The position numbers and the translations under genes were made by a program. The notes beneath the pieces were generated by a model. It made no database searches. It was not told where the DNA came from and worked only from the letters and a program-made list of their open reading frames with translations. Below, in pieces: positions 60,399 to 64,000 of a DNA stretch of 64,000 bases. Location: contig JAPDKB010000009.1 in assembly GCA_029258795.1 (NCBI GenBank), positions 1 to 64,000 of the forward strand. Direction: 5' to 3'. The DNA is from an archaeon. GTDB taxonomy: Archaea; EX4484-52; WAPT01. Numbering within the stretch: position 1 is the first letter of the stretch; each line of letters starts with the position of its first letter.

Positions 60399-61061
60399 AT
60401 GACATATTATTCTTGGATCGGATATAATCGAAAGTTTGAAAAGGTATCGAAAAGCATAAATAGAACGTTAGAAATTTGGAATTTTATAGAAAAATTGGAA
60501 AAATCTGGTGTTTCATCTGAAGAAATTAGAGAAATTAAGGAGTTAGCCAAACTATATGAAGAAATTGAAACTGAAGCCGAGGAACTTAGAACTAAATTTT
60601 ATGAGACTGTGGAGGAGTGGGGCTTATATTTGGGAGGTATCCGCTATATTCCTTCATATGATTCCTTGTGGTTTGAGATTTGGTCAGAACAAAACGCACA
60701 CAACCCCAGTACGTTGGTTCCTCTGTATGACGTTTTAAGGCAAAAGGAATTATACCATGATGAGGAAACAGGTGTCAGGAAAGGTTTGGGTCATGTGAAT
60801 CCCATTAGCGATGGTTATCTAGGATGGTGGAAATTCATACACGAAGTGATAAGGAATGGATACGATGGTAACAAAAAGGACATAGAAATTGTGAGAGAAT
60901 TTTTCCAAAAAAATCCAGATTTCAATGAAAAATTCAAAACACAAAGATATGGGAGCGGGTGGAGCCCACATACTTCGTTCATATTTGACTTACCTTTGGA
61001 GTTAGAGGAACCTGTGAAGAATCATTTTGAGAGTGTAGATAAGTATCTCGAGAAATCTTAA
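60399..61061 (+). CDS. AT-rich hypothetical protein
   Basis: long ORF, visibly lower GC than flanks, TATAAATA upstream. Confidence 0.6.
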   Translation: MTYYSWIGYNRKFEKVSKSINRTLEIWNFIEKLEKSGVSSEEIREIKELAKLYEEIETEAEELRTKFYETVEEWGLYLGGIRYIPSYDSLWFEIWSEQNAHNPSTLVPLYDVLRQKELYHDEETGVRKGLGHVNPISDGYLGWWKFIHEVIRNGYDGNKKDIEIVREFFQKNPDFNEKFKTQRYGSGWSPHTSFIFDLPLELEEPVKNHFESVDKYLEKS

Positions 61062-61095
61062 ACACAATTTAAATTTTTGAAAAATTTCCTTTCTA

Positions 61096-62718
61096 TCAGA
61101 ACAGCTCAACCTTCTCAATCTTTCTTAGAAGGATCTCAGGTCTCTTTATTTCATGTCCCTCCTCCAGCTTTCTTCCACACAGTTTCCAGCTAATCTCGTT
61201 TATGTTCATGATGTCAAGCGCTTTTCCACATGTGTGGGGTATAACTGGGTAGAGCATCAGGCATATGTCCTTAGCGAGGTTTAGAGAGTGAGATAGCACC
61301 TTATGTGCCATCTTTTTATCTTCCTTCACGAGCTTCCACGGCTCGTGCTGCTGGAAGTAGGAGTTACCTATTGAAGCCAGCTTATCTATGGTCTCTACAG
61401 CACCTTTAATGTTCCACTTTTCATAACTTTCCCTCGCTTTTTCAATAAGTCCCATTACTTCCCTGAACTCCTCCTGTTCGTACGTCTCCACTCCTATCGT
61501 TTTACCCTCAAAATTCTTGTGAAGGAAGCTCAACACACGATAAACGAAGTTAATCATGTTACCCACAAGCACGTTGTTTATGGCAGCCATGAAAGCTTCC
61601 CTGCTCAGATCTATGTCCGTTATGTTATTTGATGTGTGGTAAGCAAAATAAAACCTCAGATATTCCGGATTCCCAACCTTTTCCAGATAATCCTTGGCGG
61701 TTATGAAGGTGCCCCTGCTTTTACTCATCTTTTCTCCTTCAACCGTAAGGAAACCGTGAGTGTGAAGGTAATCTGGCAGTCTAAAGCCAGATGCCATCAG
61801 CATGGCAGGCCAGAAGAGGTAATGGAAATAGATTATATCCTTTCCTATCACATGCACAATTGAATGGCTTTCACCTTTCCATATTTTTTTCCAATCACAC
61901 CCAGCTTTTTTGCAGTAGTTTGCGGTTGAGGCAATGTATCCTATTGGCGCGTCCCACCACACGTAAAAATACTTGTTTTCCTCCTCCGGAATCTTGAATC
62001 CGAAGTAAGGTCCATCTCTCGATATGCACCAGTCCTCAAGCCCCTTTTCCAACCATTCCTTGATGTAGTTCTTGACCTCTTCTTGGAGGGGGGCTTCCTC
62101 CATCCAGTGCTTTAGCTTCTCCTCAAACGCGCTGAGCTTGAAGAAATAATGCTTGCTTTTTTTCACCACAGGCATGCTTCCACATATTGCGCATCTCGGG
62201 TTTTTGAGGTTGAAGGGCGTGTATGTTGCACCACACTTTTCACACACATCCCCGTACTGGTCTTCTGCTCCACACTTAGGACATGTGCCCTTAACATACC
62301 TGTCCGGCAGAAATCTCTCGCATTTCTCACAGTAAAGAAGCTCTACTTCCTTCGTGTAAATGTATCCCTTTTCCCTTGCATTTTCAAACATCTCTACCGC
62401 TATCTTTTCATTCTCATCGCTGTGTGTGATGTGGTAGTTGTCAACGCTTATCATGAACTCGTCCAGCACCTTTTTGAACTTCTCATGGTTTTCCATCACG
62501 AAGCTCAGCGGGTCTTTTCCCGCTTTTCTCGCGTTGATTTCTATGGGGGTGCCGTGCGCATCTGTAGCACAAACATAAATGACGCGCTTCCCAACCATTC
62601 TGTAGAACCTAGCTATTATGTCTGTTATTATGAACTCGTACAAGTGACCGAAGTGCGGTTCGCCATTTCCGTAGGGAAGAGCCGATGTCATGAGCAAGTT
62701 TTCTTTGAGTTTCATCAC
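61096..62718 (-). CDS. metG: methionyl-tRNA synthetase (no C-terminal Trbp111 domain)
   Basis: TSALPYGNG..HFGH, Zn knuckles, IGKDI, KMSKSRG. Confidence 0.96.
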   Translation of the reverse strand: MMKLKENLLMTSALPYGNGEPHFGHLYEFIITDIIARFYRMVGKRVIYVCATDAHGTPIEINARKAGKDPLSFVMENHEKFKKVLDEFMISVDNYHITHSDENEKIAVEMFENAREKGYIYTKEVELLYCEKCERFLPDRYVKGTCPKCGAEDQYGDVCEKCGATYTPFNLKNPRCAICGSMPVVKKSKHYFFKLSAFEEKLKHWMEEAPLQEEVKNYIKEWLEKGLEDWCISRDGPYFGFKIPEEENKYFYVWWDAPIGYIASTANYCKKAGCDWKKIWKGESHSIVHVIGKDIIYFHYLFWPAMLMASGFRLPDYLHTHGFLTVEGEKMSKSRGTFITAKDYLEKVGNPEYLRFYFAYHTSNNITDIDLSREAFMAAINNVLVGNMINFVYRVLSFLHKNFEGKTIGVETYEQEEFREVMGLIEKARESYEKWNIKGAVETIDKLASIGNSYFQQHEPWKLVKEDKKMAHKVLSHSLNLAKDICLMLYPVIPHTCGKALDIMNINEISWKLCGRKLEEGHEIKRPEILLRKIEKVELF

Positions 62719-63880
62719 CCTTCACCAGAGTTTTTCTTGTGGTTGTGGCAACATCTTTTATGAATGATTCGGCACTTTTTAATATGTTTTCTACCTTGTT
62801 CAGGGAGCGCACACCCTTTGGCAGGAAAGATGGTTTGTTTATCTCCCCGTTTTCCATCAACATCTTCACCACTTCAAAATATTGGTGCGTGACTCTTCCG
62901 GCATAAAGCACGTGTAATGATTTCCCTTTCTTTGCAACTTTTTGAATCTCCATGAAACCCTTGAGGTAAAGGTAATCTTTGGTGAATCCGCCCCCTCTGA
63001 AGCTCCTGAAGGTTAGAGTCCATGCCATCTCATCATCAAACCCCCATTCCTTCATTTTATGAAAAACTTCGGAAAAACTCAGCCCTTCAAGCATGTAATG
63101 GATGCTCAGAACACGACCGGCATAATCTCTCAGCTTGTCGCTCTCTAACATACCCGTGAGCTTTTCCATGTACACAGCCAGACCCTCTTCCGTTTCTGTG
63201 TTGCGCGGAAATCCGGAAAGAAATATATCAAGTGGTTGGGTATGGCCATTCTGCGCTCTTAAGACATGCACACCTATTTCATGCACAACAAGCCGTTTCA
63301 TTTCATTCCTGCTAAATGTTCTGTTGGCAGGAACCAGAATTTTCCTTTCGATGGGCATGACTGTGGTCAGAGTTTTGGTGGAATATTCAACCACCCATCC
63401 CTTTATACCATAGCTTTCCAGCGCCTTTTCAAACACGGCTTTTGCTTCACGCTCCGTCATTCCCGCAACTTGTGTTTTTCTTTTGCTTCCCTTATAGCGT
63501 TTGAGGATTCTTTCCGCTTCACCGATCAAGCTTGAGGATGGTCTTCCATAAACTTTCAAACTGTACTCGATCACCTCATCTTTTCCTCTGTTGGCTATTA
63601 TGTGCGCAATGTTTGCAAGCTCTTCAACCTTCTGGTGGTAGAGATCATAAAGCTCGCCTTCAGGAATTTGGAGGGATGCAAGACTTTTCGCAATCTCCTT
63701 TGGGCTGAAAAAAACCACAGGGTAACGAAATTTCGGTTCCTTACCTTCACGAAAGAACCTTTCCTTCTCTTCTTTTAAATTGACAGGTTCTATTGCTCGA
63801 AGCACACCCACACTCAATTTTCTGTGTTCCTTCAATGCCAAATCAACCGCCCTGTACTTCTCAACCACACTGCCCTTCAT
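62609..63880 (-). CDS. DUF1704 / QEGLA-motif metallopeptidase-like protein
   Basis: HEIGVH..R..NG, TEEGLAVYME, R..RGGGFTKDYLYL. Confidence 0.85.
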   Translation of the reverse strand: MKGSVVEKYRAVDLALKEHRKLSVGVLRAIEPVNLKEEKERFFREGKEPKFRYPVVFFSPKEIAKSLASLQIPEGELYDLYHQKVEELANIAHIIANRGKDEVIEYSLKVYGRPSSSLIGEAERILKRYKGSKRKTQVAGMTEREAKAVFEKALESYGIKGWVVEYSTKTLTTVMPIERKILVPANRTFSRNEMKRLVVHEIGVHVLRAQNGHTQPLDIFLSGFPRNTETEEGLAVYMEKLTGMLESDKLRDYAGRVLSIHYMLEGLSFSEVFHKMKEWGFDDEMAWTLTFRSFRGGGFTKDYLYLKGFMEIQKVAKKGKSLHVLYAGRVTHQYFEVVKMLMENGEINKPSFLPKGVRSLNKVENILKSAESFIKDVATTTRKTLVKGDETQRKLAHDIGSSLRKWRTALRSLVRVHNNRHNS

Positions 63881-63881
63881 T

Positions 63882-64000
63882 CTACTCCCTCACAATTTTC
63901 ATGAACCTTAGCGCGTCATCATACATCTCGTAGTTGTTGAACATAACGTACGCGCTTTTATCCCCCTTAATTTTCTCCATAACCTTTTCTTTTAGAATTG
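63882..64000 (-). CDS. DUF72 family protein, C-terminal part
   Basis: ...AYVMFNNYEMYDDALRF resembles the DUF72 C-terminus. Confidence 0.6.
   Translation of the reverse strand, partial: ILKEKVMEKIKGDKSAYVMFNNYEMYDDALRFMKIVRE

Overview
Archaeal chromosome segment, probably from a thermophilic DPANN lineage (Aenigmarchaeota-like by inference: N-terminally extended uS14, adk and cmk missing from the spc cluster, eS26 present, giant surface protein, GC-rich rRNA). Most genes are on the minus strand. It carries a type IV pilus locus with KaiC and V4R genes, a ~2900-aa surface protein, ArgRS, CysRS and MetRS, the S10/spc and S13/alpha ribosomal protein clusters, RNase P RNA, a 16S-tRNA(Ala)-23S operon without 5S, and 8 tRNAs. 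The most striking feature is a dense system of short bulge-helix-bulge (BHB) introns. Seven of 8 tRNAs are interrupted: six in the T-loop at position 59/60 and one in the D-loop. The 16S gene has two ~45-nt introns. The tRNA-Val and tRNA-Leu(CAG) introns are homologous and look like head-to-tail dimers of a minimal intron, and intron hairpins recur in the pre-16S leader. Also found: a dual-guide C/D sRNA predicted to direct Cm1920 and Um2552; an eS26 gene with an apparent ATT start that the ORF track misses; a 96-bp charged-tail cassette shared by uS3 and eL32; a zinc-ribbon gene inside the spc operon; a decayed tRNA-Ser-integrated element retaining a PIN toxin module; and substitutions in the SRL and PTC. 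All alignments and E. coli-equivalent positions were worked out by eye.
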